From Spirochaetota bacterium (GTDB taxonomy: Bacteria > Spirochaetota > Spirochaetia > SZUA-6): a DNA stretch of 64,000 nucleotides. The notes beneath the pieces were generated by a model. It ran no database searches, had not been told where the DNA came from, and saw only the letters and a list, made by a program, of their open reading frames with translations. A program made the position numbers and the translations under genes. Below, one piece after another: positions 10,170 through 19,520 of the stretch (position 1 is the first letter of the stretch; the number at the start of each line of letters is the position of its first letter). The stretch covers positions 10,412-74,411 of the forward strand of contig JAADHF010000132.1 of the NCBI GenBank assembly GCA_013151965.1, read 5' to 3'.

Positions 10170-10889
10170 TTATTCTCCAAACATTTTTATTTCGGCTTCA
10201 CTTTTTCTTATATAGAGAGGGGCAAGGACAGCAGGATTATTCCCTCCTGTTTCCTTAAAGCGTTCTTCACCGATGTTAAGCAGTGTATAAGCATCGGCAA
10301 ATCGAAAACCTCTGTCCATTGCCGTATTGTCATGCTGTAAATTATCTCTTAAATAACGGTATATTATATCACAATCCGGACCGGTTAACAGCAGACGGGA
10401 TTGATATTCGGGGTATTTCTGCTCTGATTTGTATATCTTCTGCAGCTTTTCGAAATTTATAAAAAAATCAGCTGCAGTTACATCAAGATAATCCGTTAAA
10501 CGTTTATTACTATTATAGAAAGCGGTATAGAATCTGTTTTTTTTTGCATTGATTACAGGTGCAACGATTCCTTCGAAAAAGTCGAAACGGCCGGCCAGAT
10601 AATCCAGAGTGGATACCCCGACAAGAGCACTTCCGGAACCCATTACAATTCCTTTGGCTGTTGAAAGACCGATGCGAAGGCCGGTAAAAGAGCCCGGTCC
10701 GACAGAACATACTACTAAAGACAGGGACTGTGCATCGATTCCTGCTTCTTTTAATAATCTGTCGATCCAGGGCAGAAGCGTTTCGGAGTGTTTAAGTCCG
10801 ATTTTAAGCGAAACGGTGAGTATCTTATTATCCGCACGAAGAGCAATGGATATGGTTTCCGATGATGTATCAATGGCCAGGGTGTTCAA
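10170..10889 (-). CDS. tsaB: tRNA t6A biosynthesis protein TsaB (YeaZ)
   Basis: N-terminus MNTLAIDTSSETISIAL is the Kae1/YeaZ family signature. It overlaps tsaE by 4 nt. Confidence 0.8.
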   Translation of the reverse strand: MNTLAIDTSSETISIALRADNKILTVSLKIGLKHSETLLPWIDRLLKEAGIDAQSLSLVVCSVGPGSFTGLRIGLSTAKGIVMGSGSALVGVSTLDYLAGRFDFFEGIVAPVINAKKNRFYTAFYNSNKRLTDYLDVTAADFFINFEKLQKIYKSEQKYPEYQSRLLLTGPDCDIIYRYLRDNLQHDNTAMDRGFRFADAYTLLNIGEERFKETGGNNPAVLAPLYIRKSEAEIKMFGE

Positions 10890-11308
10890 TTACTCATTTC
10901 CGTAATACTTATAATACGTTTTTGATCTCTCTCTATCTTAAAATTAATCGTTATTGTCTCTTCGGGTAAAAGCCCGGCTGCCTTTTCGCCCCATTCTATC
11001 ACAGTTATTGCGCCGGAATAAAGTATGTCCTCCAGTCCGAGTTGTTCGAATTCATCCGGATGATTTATTCTGTACAGATCAATATGATAAAGTTCTTTAT
11101 CTCCGTGATAATTGGATATGATGGTAAAACTCGGACTTGTGATTTCCTCATCAATATTAAGACCCTTTCCGATACCCTTTACAAGAACCGTTTTACCGCA
11201 GCCTAATGGTCCGGTCAGGGTAATGACCGTTCCTTCCCGCAGATTCCGCGCTATCTTCTCTCCTATTCTTATTGTTGCTTCAGGGCTTGTACTGGTAAAT
11301 ACTGTCAT
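10886..11308 (-). CDS. tsaE: tRNA t6A ATPase TsaE (YjeE)
   Basis: P-loop GPLGCGKT in a 140-aa protein, giving a tsaE-tsaB operon. Confidence 0.8.
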   Translation of the reverse strand: MTVFTSTSPEATIRIGEKIARNLREGTVITLTGPLGCGKTVLVKGIGKGLNIDEEITSPSFTIISNYHGDKELYHIDLYRINHPDEFEQLGLEDILYSGAITVIEWGEKAAGLLPEETITINFKIERDQKRIISITEMSN

Positions 11309-11418
11309 ATTCTAATAATACTGCTTGAATACTTAATTATTATACAGGTTCAAATATAGATATAAAAAAGGCTGAGGGTCAACCGCCTTATGCCTGTTAT
11401 GCATAATAAAATATAGTT

Positions 11419-12540
11419 TTAATATATGAGGTTCTTTGCAAGATTGGCAGGAGGAGTATAATTGTAAACATAGGAATATATCTCATTTAAATTTTTACCC
11501 GAAACTCTGGTAAACATGACATGCATAATTCCTCCCCGTATCTCTTCTTTTCTTACTCTCCTTACTTTCCCGAAAGCAGTAATGGGAAGTTTTCGGTCGA
11601 TATCAAATTCAATTTTAACAAGAGACCCTCTATTAAGCGGCGTAAGAGTTCTAATGCTGCAGCCTCCGGCTGATATGTCGATTATCGTTCCGAGAATTCT
11701 CTGATTATTCTGCACGACAGCTCTCTTTTTAGCCCTTCTGCCTTCGCCGAGTTCTATAATTTTAATAGGAAAAAAGAAACACGGCCTTTCAAGAGGTTTG
11801 CGCCTGAATTTTCTCTGCTGTTCGCGTCTTAATGTTTTGGAGTGCTGGATAAAAACTGCCGGCTGTCCTTTTATTGCATCATAACCCAGAACCTTTGTAA
11901 GAAAAGAATAGCCGGCATCATGTTCTCTCCAGAAAATGACTTTTAATTTTGTTCCACGTTTCCACCTTAATTCCCCGCCTGATCCGTCCTTTGCTATGGT
12001 GCAGGCTAGCATATCCCTGAGATTGGATAGAACTTTACCGGGATACTGGCCCCCGTGTTCGGGAAGCATAACAACAGACTGCCCCGGTTTTACAAGGTGG
12101 GATGATTTTATCCCGATTTTATTCTTTGAATTCCGTTCTATTATCTGTTTTATCTGAAAAAGCTGGCTTATATTTTTCTCTTTGGTTTCCTCATTAGTAT
12201 TCTTTCGTCTCTGGAGTGAGTAAAGCCCCTTTTTAAGGACATCGTCTAAAAGACCGGCACTCGAAAAAACAAGCATAGGCTGTTTAACTTTTGTTGCCTT
12301 TACAAGGTGTTCTAAAATTTCAATATGAGATTTCTGCAGCCCCATACTCCTGGCCATTTGCTTAAATATATATCTACTGTATCTCTTTCTCTGCGCCGGT
12401 GTTTTACTGGTTTTTTTCGCTGAAATAAAATTACCTATAAAAAGAAGAATAACGAAAACAGCAACGACTATGGCAAAGATCCACATCGACTTTGTATCCG
12501 GTGTGGCAAGAAACTTGTATTTTGTTACCAGTAGAATCAT
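11419..12540 (-). CDS. Membrane-anchored YcgR-like PilZ-domain protein (c-di-GMP receptor candidate), last gene of the fliD operon
   Basis: N-terminal TM helix (WIFAIVVAVFVILLFIGNFI). The C-terminal PilZ motifs are RRAKKR...DISAGG. The middle region resembles a PilZN barrel. It is a paralog of 55398..56414. Confidence 0.65.
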   Translation of the reverse strand: MILLVTKYKFLATPDTKSMWIFAIVVAVFVILLFIGNFISAKKTSKTPAQRKRYSRYIFKQMARSMGLQKSHIEILEHLVKATKVKQPMLVFSSAGLLDDVLKKGLYSLQRRKNTNEETKEKNISQLFQIKQIIERNSKNKIGIKSSHLVKPGQSVVMLPEHGGQYPGKVLSNLRDMLACTIAKDGSGGELRWKRGTKLKVIFWREHDAGYSFLTKVLGYDAIKGQPAVFIQHSKTLRREQQRKFRRKPLERPCFFFPIKIIELGEGRRAKKRAVVQNNQRILGTIIDISAGGCSIRTLTPLNRGSLVKIEFDIDRKLPITAFGKVRRVRKEEIRGGIMHVMFTRVSGKNLNEIYSYVYNYTPPANLAKNLIY

Positions 12541-12557
12541 AATATACCTCTTGACAT

Positions 12558-13448
12558 TTAATGGAATTTACCGGAAAGTCTTGTCAATATTTCTATCCGC
12601 GGAGCTATTTCGTACTCTAACAGATCTCCGATAAGTACGGAGTCCCGAGCATTGAATGCGTCTAAAAGTTGACTGAGAATATCTCTTAATTCATGGTAGA
12701 AATCCATACTCTTTTTTCCTTCTATCATAAGGTTACTGAATTCTAATTTACCATAATCTCCTAAAGCAGTAAGGATTCTGAAAAACCGTTGTGTTAAGTC
12801 TGAAAATCTTACGACATACTCCATGGCCTGTCTGTCTTTGCCTGATTGAAGTAGAACGGATACCTCGCTTATTTCGGACGCAGAGGCATGAAGTTTACCG
12901 GTTATTTCATGTATTGCATCCTCCGGGTATTGTATTTCCCGTAATGCATCGGTAACTTTTATTTTAATATTATCTGTCAGTTTTGTAATTTCCTCTTTTT
13001 TTTCTTCTGTTAGATTCTTTAGTTCATCTGCAGACAGCTTCCTTATTATTTCAGAAAAAGAAGAAGTATCATTATCGATTATGTAATTGCCGGAAAGGCT
13101 TTCGAGCATAAAAGGAAATCCTGTTAAGAGTTCCTTAAACATTTTTTTATCCCCGGATAGAATCGAACCGGAAAACATCCCGAGATACCGGATTACCGTT
13201 TCCAGATTGGATATTCGCAGTTCACTGACATGATTGACCTTTATATCGATACAATTAATACCTTTTAGCGGTGTCTTTTGCCAGTCTGTCTGTTCTGCGA
13301 TTTTTATCTCTTTATCATCGAGTGTCAGTGAGATCATAACAAACCCGGAACTGTGAATCCAGTTCTGTATTACATTGATAATATCACCGAGTGTTTTCTC
13401 ATCTTCGAGCTGAAAATCAATTTTTTCTTTGTTTATTTTTATTTCCAT
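12558..13448 (-). CDS. Hypothetical protein co-transcribed with fliD
   Basis: 296-aa ORF whose start overlaps the fliD stop. No recognizable motif was found. It is not FliS-like, being too long and lacking a FliS pattern. Confidence 0.45.
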   Translation of the reverse strand: MEIKINKEKIDFQLEDEKTLGDIINVIQNWIHSSGFVMISLTLDDKEIKIAEQTDWQKTPLKGINCIDIKVNHVSELRISNLETVIRYLGMFSGSILSGDKKMFKELLTGFPFMLESLSGNYIIDNDTSSFSEIIRKLSADELKNLTEEKKEEITKLTDNIKIKVTDALREIQYPEDAIHEITGKLHASASEISEVSVLLQSGKDRQAMEYVVRFSDLTQRFFRILTALGDYGKLEFSNLMIEGKKSMDFYHELRDILSQLLDAFNARDSVLIGDLLEYEIAPRIEILTRLSGKFH

Positions 13449-15475
13449 TACCGTCTATTGTTACTCCCTCCAAGATTTTCCAGTGCTTTTGAGTTTTTTT
13501 CAAGTGCCTGCAATGCTCCCTCCATTTTACCGTATTTATATTTTAAATCCGCTTCGTACTTTTTAAGATGATCCTCGTAATTATTAATGTCCCTGTTTTT
13601 TCGTGAGATCTGACCGTCTAAAGTGGTAAGATGTGCGGCAATAATTCCTCCTATTGTGACATAGGGATTTAATAATCTGTCCAGAGAGTAGGCAGCTCCA
13701 CTGTCTATTATAAGATCCCCGTCCGTATCATTACCGAAAAGTTCTTTTATCCAGCCGGCATGGGCTGCTATTTGATCGTCCAGCCGGGCCTCATCTATTT
13801 CCAGGTAACCCCGCAGCCTCGTTTTGTCGACGGAAGCCACTTCGCCCGGTTTTCTTGTATCGGTAGAGATGCCTATCTGGGCCAGGAGAGACATATTTCT
13901 GCCTCCGTCCGTGCGGTAAGGATTCATCATAACTCTCTGGAGACTGTCTTTTAACTGATACATTGTAAGACTGCCTGCAAATATTCCGAGTTTCTTTCTA
14001 TATGCATTCCTCTCTTCATCCGTTAGATACTTTGCATCTTCAATAACGGATTTATCACGCCGGGACACAACATCTATCTCTGTAATTACCTGATTGTAAT
14101 GCCCGACAAGAGCAACAATTGAATTCTTTATGGCTTCCTTGTCTTTTTCTACTTTGATTGTAACAGGTTTGTCGCTTTTTGAAAGCAGTGTTATGTTAAC
14201 ACCCGGAAGAAGATCGTCGATATTATTTGAATCACGCTTAATCTTTATGCCGTCCATAATTAATTCCGCATCTCCTGCCTCGGATATCGGATGGGAGGGT
14301 ATGTATTTCCCCCGTGAGGTTTTATCGAAGATTTTAATATTTTTTACTACAATTATTCTGTTTGTATTTCTGTTTTTAATATTAATAGAATCTATGGTGT
14401 TGGAAATGGCACCGATGTCGGCTTCGTAGCTCTTAAAATCTTTGGAATCTTCAATTTTATTTAAGGGATGAATTTTTCCGTTAGAATTGAAAAAGAGAAC
14501 CTGCATATCATCGATTCTCTTTGCGGGGACGGGCGGTTTCCATTGGGGAAGGATAACCCTGGATTTTTCGTTTTTTACCTTTATTCCTTTAAAGTTTATT
14601 TCTCCGGTATCCGGCAGTGACGGACCGGGAGGAGGCTTTGTTTCCTCACTCTTTTTCTCGGGTATTATTTCCGTTTTTAATTGAAACTGCAGAACCATAT
14701 TTTTATTCAGATTAAAGGAGGGGGTAACAGGTATTTTAAGCTCACCGGCCGGATTAACGGTTAATGTGCCGTCGGATATCGAGTAGGAATCCGATTTTAA
14801 TGCACTTTTCCATGATGTGACGGAATATTTGGTAAGAGGAATATCCCGCTCCGTTACTCCTGTCCTTTTAAGTATTCCGGACTTTAATCCGAAATCCACC
14901 GCTTTATCGAGAAAGAGGAGCTTTTTTTTTCTGCCGGTTTTTTGTGATTCCACAGCGATAATCCTGGTGCCGGGTGTATCACTTATAATCTGGGCTTTTA
15001 CAAGATTACGGCTTTTTCTGTTAAGAATTTCGGCGAAGTCTTTAAGAGAACCGCCTTTAAATGTAAAGTTAATACTTTTTTCTCCGACTTTAAATCCGTA
15101 CTTCCCTGCCGGTACTTTAAAATCTTTCGGAAGTGATTCGGAGATAAAACGGTCGGCGGCTGCGATTCGCTTAACCAGAATTTTTTTGTTTTCTTCCAGT
15201 GCTTTTCTTGTTGCTGTAGCTTTCAGAACATTATTGTCGGAAGATTTTGCAATTTTTTCTTTAAAAGGGTTCTGAAAACCAAAGAGTTCCTTTGCACTGT
15301 CACGGAGCGTGGATAGTTTTCGGTTTAAATCCCGCCATACACTTTTCTGTTTCTTAAGTATATCACGGTTTTTCTCCATCCTTTTAAGCGGTAGCTTCTC
15401 TACATTAACCAAGCCTTTTATTATTTTATCGGTGTTATATTTGTTTGTTACGCCGGGGATGGAAATATCAGACAT
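13448..15475 (-). CDS. fliD: Flagellar filament cap protein FliD
   Basis: 675 aa with N-terminal and C-terminal FliD coiled-coil segments (ISIPGV...NKYNTDKII; C-terminal GKMEGALQALEKNSKALENL). Confidence 0.85.
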   Translation of the reverse strand: MSDISIPGVTNKYNTDKIIKGLVNVEKLPLKRMEKNRDILKKQKSVWRDLNRKLSTLRDSAKELFGFQNPFKEKIAKSSDNNVLKATATRKALEENKKILVKRIAAADRFISESLPKDFKVPAGKYGFKVGEKSINFTFKGGSLKDFAEILNRKSRNLVKAQIISDTPGTRIIAVESQKTGRKKKLLFLDKAVDFGLKSGILKRTGVTERDIPLTKYSVTSWKSALKSDSYSISDGTLTVNPAGELKIPVTPSFNLNKNMVLQFQLKTEIIPEKKSEETKPPPGPSLPDTGEINFKGIKVKNEKSRVILPQWKPPVPAKRIDDMQVLFFNSNGKIHPLNKIEDSKDFKSYEADIGAISNTIDSINIKNRNTNRIIVVKNIKIFDKTSRGKYIPSHPISEAGDAELIMDGIKIKRDSNNIDDLLPGVNITLLSKSDKPVTIKVEKDKEAIKNSIVALVGHYNQVITEIDVVSRRDKSVIEDAKYLTDEERNAYRKKLGIFAGSLTMYQLKDSLQRVMMNPYRTDGGRNMSLLAQIGISTDTRKPGEVASVDKTRLRGYLEIDEARLDDQIAAHAGWIKELFGNDTDGDLIIDSGAAYSLDRLLNPYVTIGGIIAAHLTTLDGQISRKNRDINNYEDHLKKYEADLKYKYGKMEGALQALEKNSKALENLGGSNNRR

Positions 15476-15574
15476 GAGTAATTTTTAAGGCCCCTCCCTG
15501 GTTGGTTTACTATCGCCTGCATCAACTTTTACCGGTCATGTAAAAGGAGAATGCCGGATTCAGGATAGATTTTG

Positions 15575-15919
15575 TTATATCTCCTTATCCACAAGCACGC
15601 CGATAGTTTCCCTTATTCGGGCAATCAGATGCTGAATTTCTTCGGGTGGTATCTCCCTGATAACTTTATCGGTTGTTCTGTCGATCACCTTTATAATTAC
15701 GCGGTTTATCTCTCTGTTGACATATAATTTGAGTCTTTTGTTAAAGATAGAGGAAGTGCGTTCCAGCTTGTCGATTGCATCCCTTATCTGTTCGTTTGTA
15801 ATTGTCTTTACCTGGGATATGATTTGACCTTTATCCTGTTTCGCTGAAGTTTCGTGTTCTTTTTGAATTAAATCCGGCGGTATGCCCGATTTAAGGATTC
15901 CCGGAATTTCCAAAGACAT
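15575..15919 (-). CDS. flaG: Flagellar protein FlaG
   Basis: 114 aa with a C-terminal FlaG-family block (NKRLKLYVNREINRVIIKVIDRTTDKVIREIPPEE). It has a GGAGG SD and lies upstream of fliD. Confidence 0.75.
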   Translation of the reverse strand: MSLEIPGILKSGIPPDLIQKEHETSAKQDKGQIISQVKTITNEQIRDAIDKLERTSSIFNKRLKLYVNREINRVIIKVIDRTTDKVIREIPPEEIQHLIARIRETIGVLVDKEI

Positions 15920-15934
15920 AATAGAACCTCCATG

Positions 15935-15975
15935 TTAATAAAAGGATAGGGGAGGGCGCGTCCTCCCCCTCCTAT
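15935..15975 (-). terminator. Rho-independent terminator-like hairpin downstream of flaB1 (minus strand)
   Basis: A GC-rich inverted repeat (ATAGGGGAGGGCGCG / CGTCCTCCCCCTCCTAT) is followed on the minus strand by CCTTTTATT, just upstream of the flaG SD. Confidence 0.5.
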
Positions 15976-16048
15976 TCACTCTTGGTAAAAAGATGACGTC
16001 CAGTTACCTCTTTACCTGGGAACGGAGTGCTTTTTTACATCCAAACTG

Positions 16049-16915
16049 TTACCCAAAAAGCTGAAGTACGGATTGAGGCCGCATGTTCGCCTGAGCGAGC
16101 ATCGCCGTACCAGCCCGAACCAGAATCTGATTCTTTACGTAATCTACCATTTGAGTTGCTATATCCGTATCGCGAATCTGTGATTCAGCGGCCTGCATAT
16201 TTTCCGCAGCTACCGCCACACCCTTTGCCGCCATTTGGAAACGGTTCTGATAAGCGCCGAGATCTGCTCTCTGTTTGGAAACAATCCTCATTGCCGTATC
16301 GACCATACCGATAGCCCTATTTGCTGCTTCAGGTGTGGAAATGGAAACCATTCCCTGTGCGGCACCCTGTGCTCCCTGTAATCCGAGAGCCTCTGCTGTC
16401 ATTGTCCCGATATAGATTCTCTCATTTTGGTCCATATTCGCTCCTACCTGGAAGAACATCTTTCTTACATCCGTTCCCCCCTGAGCAGGATTGGCAAATG
16501 AACCGGTTAGAATATTCATGCCGTTAAACTGGGCATGTGATGCTATTCTGTTGATCTCGTCAACCAGCTGAGAAACTTCCACCTGAATCTGCATTCTGTC
16601 TTCATCCGAATAAATACCGTTAGCAGACTGTACGGCAAGGTCTCTTAATCTGTGCAGGATATCCTGTGTTTCTCCAAGATACCCCTCCGAGGTCTGAATA
16701 AAGGAAACTGCGTTCTCGATATTCTTTTCCGCCTGATTTAAGCCCCTTATTTGAGATCTGAGCTTTTCAGACACTGCCAGACCGGAAGCATCGTCGCCGG
16801 CTTTATTAATTCTTTCGCCGGATGCGAGTTTTTCTATATCGCTGTTCAGGTCTATTTCCTTGAACTTTAGTATCCTGTTCGCGTACAGAGCACTCATGTT
16901 ATGGTTTATAATCAT
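16049..16915 (-). CDS. flaB: Flagellin FlaB (core filament protein), copy 1
   Basis: The true start is [14 protein letters not shown] (ATG at 16915) with SD AAGGAGGGTGAA. The 20 extra N-terminal codons in the ORF track are ignored. Flagellin N and C domains are present. Confidence 0.9.
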   Translation of the reverse strand: MIINHNMSALYANRILKFKEIDLNSDIEKLASGERINKAGDDASGLAVSEKLRSQIRGLNQAEKNIENAVSFIQTSEGYLGETQDILHRLRDLAVQSANGIYSDEDRMQIQVEVSQLVDEINRIASHAQFNGMNILTGSFANPAQGGTDVRKMFFQVGANMDQNERIYIGTMTAEALGLQGAQGAAQGMVSISTPEAANRAIGMVDTAMRIVSKQRADLGAYQNRFQMAAKGVAVAAENMQAAESQIRDTDIATQMVDYVKNQILVRAGTAMLAQANMRPQSVLQLFG

Positions 16916-16920
16916 TTCAC

Positions 16921-16962
16921 CCTCCTTGATATGTATTGGAAAAGCAATCCTTGCCTTTCCGT
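16921..16962 (-). promoter_or_regulatory. flaB1 5' leader with two candidate CsrA (GGA) binding sites
   Basis: Minus-strand hairpin GGAAAGG-CAAGGAUUG-CUUUUCC with AAGGA in the loop, about 27 nt upstream of the SD AAGGAGG, which is a second GGA site. Confidence 0.35.
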
Positions 16963-17172
16963 TTTTAGATGCCATGGGGGTATGTTAACCAGAAGCTACC
17001 GCGCTTACTACCTTCTGCTCCGTTCCCTGTTACCCCCGGGCAGAGAGATCCACCCCGACTCAGACCGATATACGGTCATTATACTGTCGGGGTATCCCTT
17101 TTGCCCTGGCACCTCTCTGGAGGATGTACTTTTCAAAGAACACAACGGAGTGTTTAATTATATTCTAATACT

Positions 17173-18033
17173 CTAACGTAATAATTGCAATACGCCCTGC
17201 GGTTTTGTGTTAGCCTGGGCAAGCATAGCGGTTGCTACACGTACCAGAATGCTGTTCTTGGTATATTTTACCATTTCCGATGCCATATCGACGTCTCTGA
17301 TTCTTGATTCGGCAGCCTGAAGATTCTCCGCACCGATAGCTATACCTTTGGTTGCATATTCCAGGCGGTTCTGATAAGCACCGAGGTCGGCTCTCTGTTT
17401 GTTAATGGATTTTAACGCCGTATCCAGCGTCCCGATGGCTCTGTTTGCCTGATCAGGAGTCGAAAGGGACATGATTTGTTTGCTTCCCACGTCGCGTATT
17501 CCAAGAGCACCCGATGTCATGGTGCCGATGAATATTCGTTTCCGCTGATCCATATTTGCTCCGATCTGGAACCACATGGAAGCGGTTACCACGTTCTCGC
17601 CGGTTTCTCTGGCAAATCTGCCTGTAAGCAGGTTCATGCCGTTAAACTGCGCATGAGATGCGATCCTGTCCACCTCATCCACTAACTGAGAAACTTCTAC
17701 CTGTATCTGCATTCTGTCTTCGTCCGTGTATACACCGTTTGCCGATTGTACGGCAAGCTCTCTTAATCTCTGAAGAATATCCTGGCTTTCCTGCAGATAT
17801 CCTTCTGTCGTCTGAATAAAGGATATACCGTTTTCTGCATTTCGTTCGGCCTGATGCAGTCCTCTTATCTGTGATTTCATCTTTTCGGACACTGCAAGAC
17901 CGGACGCATCATCTCCGGCTCTTGTTATTCTGAGTCCGGACGATAACTTCTCCATATTCTTATCAACTTTTAAATTGTTAAATTTGAGCTGTCTCTGCGC
18001 AAAGATTGCGCTCATGTTGTGATTAATAATCAT
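17173..18033 (-). CDS. flaB: Flagellin FlaB, copy 2 (tandem paralog)
   Basis: [16 protein letters not shown]... with SD AAGGAGGAAACTGAAAA. 286 aa, highly similar to copy 1. Confidence 0.9.
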   Translation of the reverse strand: MIINHNMSAIFAQRQLKFNNLKVDKNMEKLSSGLRITRAGDDASGLAVSEKMKSQIRGLHQAERNAENGISFIQTTEGYLQESQDILQRLRELAVQSANGVYTDEDRMQIQVEVSQLVDEVDRIASHAQFNGMNLLTGRFARETGENVVTASMWFQIGANMDQRKRIFIGTMTSGALGIRDVGSKQIMSLSTPDQANRAIGTLDTALKSINKQRADLGAYQNRLEYATKGIAIGAENLQAAESRIRDVDMASEMVKYTKNSILVRVATAMLAQANTKPQGVLQLLR

Positions 18034-18040
18034 TTTTCAG

Positions 18041-18080
18041 TTTCCTCCTTGAAACTAGTAAATTTTAGGCTTCCATGCCT
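18041..18080 (-). promoter_or_regulatory. flaB2 5' leader with candidate CsrA sites
   Basis: Minus-strand hairpin AGGC-AUGGAA-GCCU (plus 18067-18080) with GGA in the loop, plus the SD AAGGAGG about 30 nt downstream. Confidence 0.35.
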
Positions 18081-18121
18081 TTTTTGTAATGATTCTGTTT
18101 TCTTAAAACAGACTAACAGAC

Positions 18122-18148
18122 TTATACGGCAGCCTGCCGCTTTTTAAA
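18122..18148 (-). promoter_or_regulatory. Sigma-28 (FliA)-like promoter candidate for flaB2
   Basis: Minus strand reads TTTAAAAA-N10-GCCGTATAA, about 95 nt upstream of the flaB2 ATG. It is an imperfect match to TAAA-N15-GCCGATAA. Confidence 0.3.
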
Positions 18149-18373
18149 CCTGTCTGTCTGATAACTCTTTATCATCACCTCCTTGTCTGATTTTTTTCTC
18201 TTTCTCTATTAAGGAACTTTTTAAAAAGCCGATAATAAGAAAGAGGGTAGAAAAAGGATAAATACTTTGGAGTACAATAAAACTACCCTTATTCACAGCA
18301 TCGGAACCCGATGATTAAATATTTAAAGGTTTTTTAGAAATTTCTTTAAAAAATAAAAAATAATAACAAAATG

Positions 18374-19486
18374 TTACTTGTGTATCATATCGATATATTT
18401 CTGTGCCATCTCGTCATTCTTATCAATTTCAAGTACTATTTTAAAATATCGTACTGCATCATTCTCTTTTCCCATTTTAAGGAGCACAATACCCATATTG
18501 GAAATAACCTTTGTATTTTCCGGTTCCATTTCTAATGCATACTGCAATTTCTTAAAGCTTTCATCCAGCTCGCCGAGTTCCATAAGACAAATAGCTAATT
18601 CATTGAGCGTATCAGGGAGCGGTTCGTGCAATTTAAGCGCTTTCTTAAAGGCTTCTTTTCCCTCGCTGTACATCCCGAGCCTCCGGTAACCCCATCCGAG
18701 TAAAAACCAGGCATTCCATACATCGTTGTATTTATCGAGAAAGATGTTGATTTTTTTAATACCTTCCTTTTCCCTGCCCGTTTTTATATCATCGAAGGCT
18801 TCTTTAAAAAGCGAATCCTGTAAGCCCGAACTGTTAATTTCATCGATAATTTTCTGTGCCTCTTTAAGTTTCTCCGGATTATTACTGTTTTCAAGAAACG
18901 ATTTAAAAAATGTTCTTGCTTTATCAAAATTGTTCCTGCGCAGATGAAAATGAGCCAGATTGTAGAGAACCCCGGGATTGGAAGGTTCCGAATTTAAAGC
19001 TCTTTTGTATGCATTAAATGCAAGTTCGAGATATTTATCGGAAAGTTCCGTTTTTTGCAGTTTATCATACTGATATGCACGGTCCTCATAGGTGAGTGCA
19101 AGGTTCAGTTTTGCAGCTGTACAGTCCGTAAAGAGTCCCTCCAAAGCCATAAATATTTCTATTGCCAGATCAAAATCTTTATTCTCCGCTTTTAAAATTC
19201 CTGCTTCTGTGAGTTCATCCTTTATATCGGGTTTAACGGCCTGTATAAAATCTCTGAAATAATCTGCGTGTTCGTGGTCCGGTCTGTATGCAAGCAGACG
19301 CAGCATTGCGGATATTATTGCTTCCCATGTTATATTTTCCGTGCTGATGTTTTCCGCTCCCGGAGGGAATTGTATGGGGAGCATTATATCCGGATTTATG
19401 GTGAAATTCCCTATCATTTCACATATGTCTTCGCTGATGGATATATAACCGATATCTGCAAGGGGGTCTCTGTTCTGGTAATTCAT
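18374..19486 (-). CDS. TPR-repeat protein
   Basis: 370 aa with multiple 34-aa TPR-like repeats (W..G..Y...G.Y..A...F..AL...P). Confidence 0.7.
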   Translation of the reverse strand: MNYQNRDPLADIGYISISEDICEMIGNFTINPDIMLPIQFPPGAENISTENITWEAIISAMLRLLAYRPDHEHADYFRDFIQAVKPDIKDELTEAGILKAENKDFDLAIEIFMALEGLFTDCTAAKLNLALTYEDRAYQYDKLQKTELSDKYLELAFNAYKRALNSEPSNPGVLYNLAHFHLRRNNFDKARTFFKSFLENSNNPEKLKEAQKIIDEINSSGLQDSLFKEAFDDIKTGREKEGIKKINIFLDKYNDVWNAWFLLGWGYRRLGMYSEGKEAFKKALKLHEPLPDTLNELAICLMELGELDESFKKLQYALEMEPENTKVISNMGIVLLKMGKENDAVRYFKIVLEIDKNDEMAQKYIDMIHK

Positions 19487-19520
19487 AATCTGATAAATTT
19501 ATTTGGTTATATCTTTAAAG

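Noticed and set aside
16916-16975. The 20-codon N-terminal extension on the flaB1 ORF ([20 protein letters not shown]...)
   Set aside because: The internal Met at 16915 has a strong SD (AAGGAGGGTGAA) and yields the canonical flagellin N-terminus MIINHNMSA, identical to flaB2. The extension is leader sequence.
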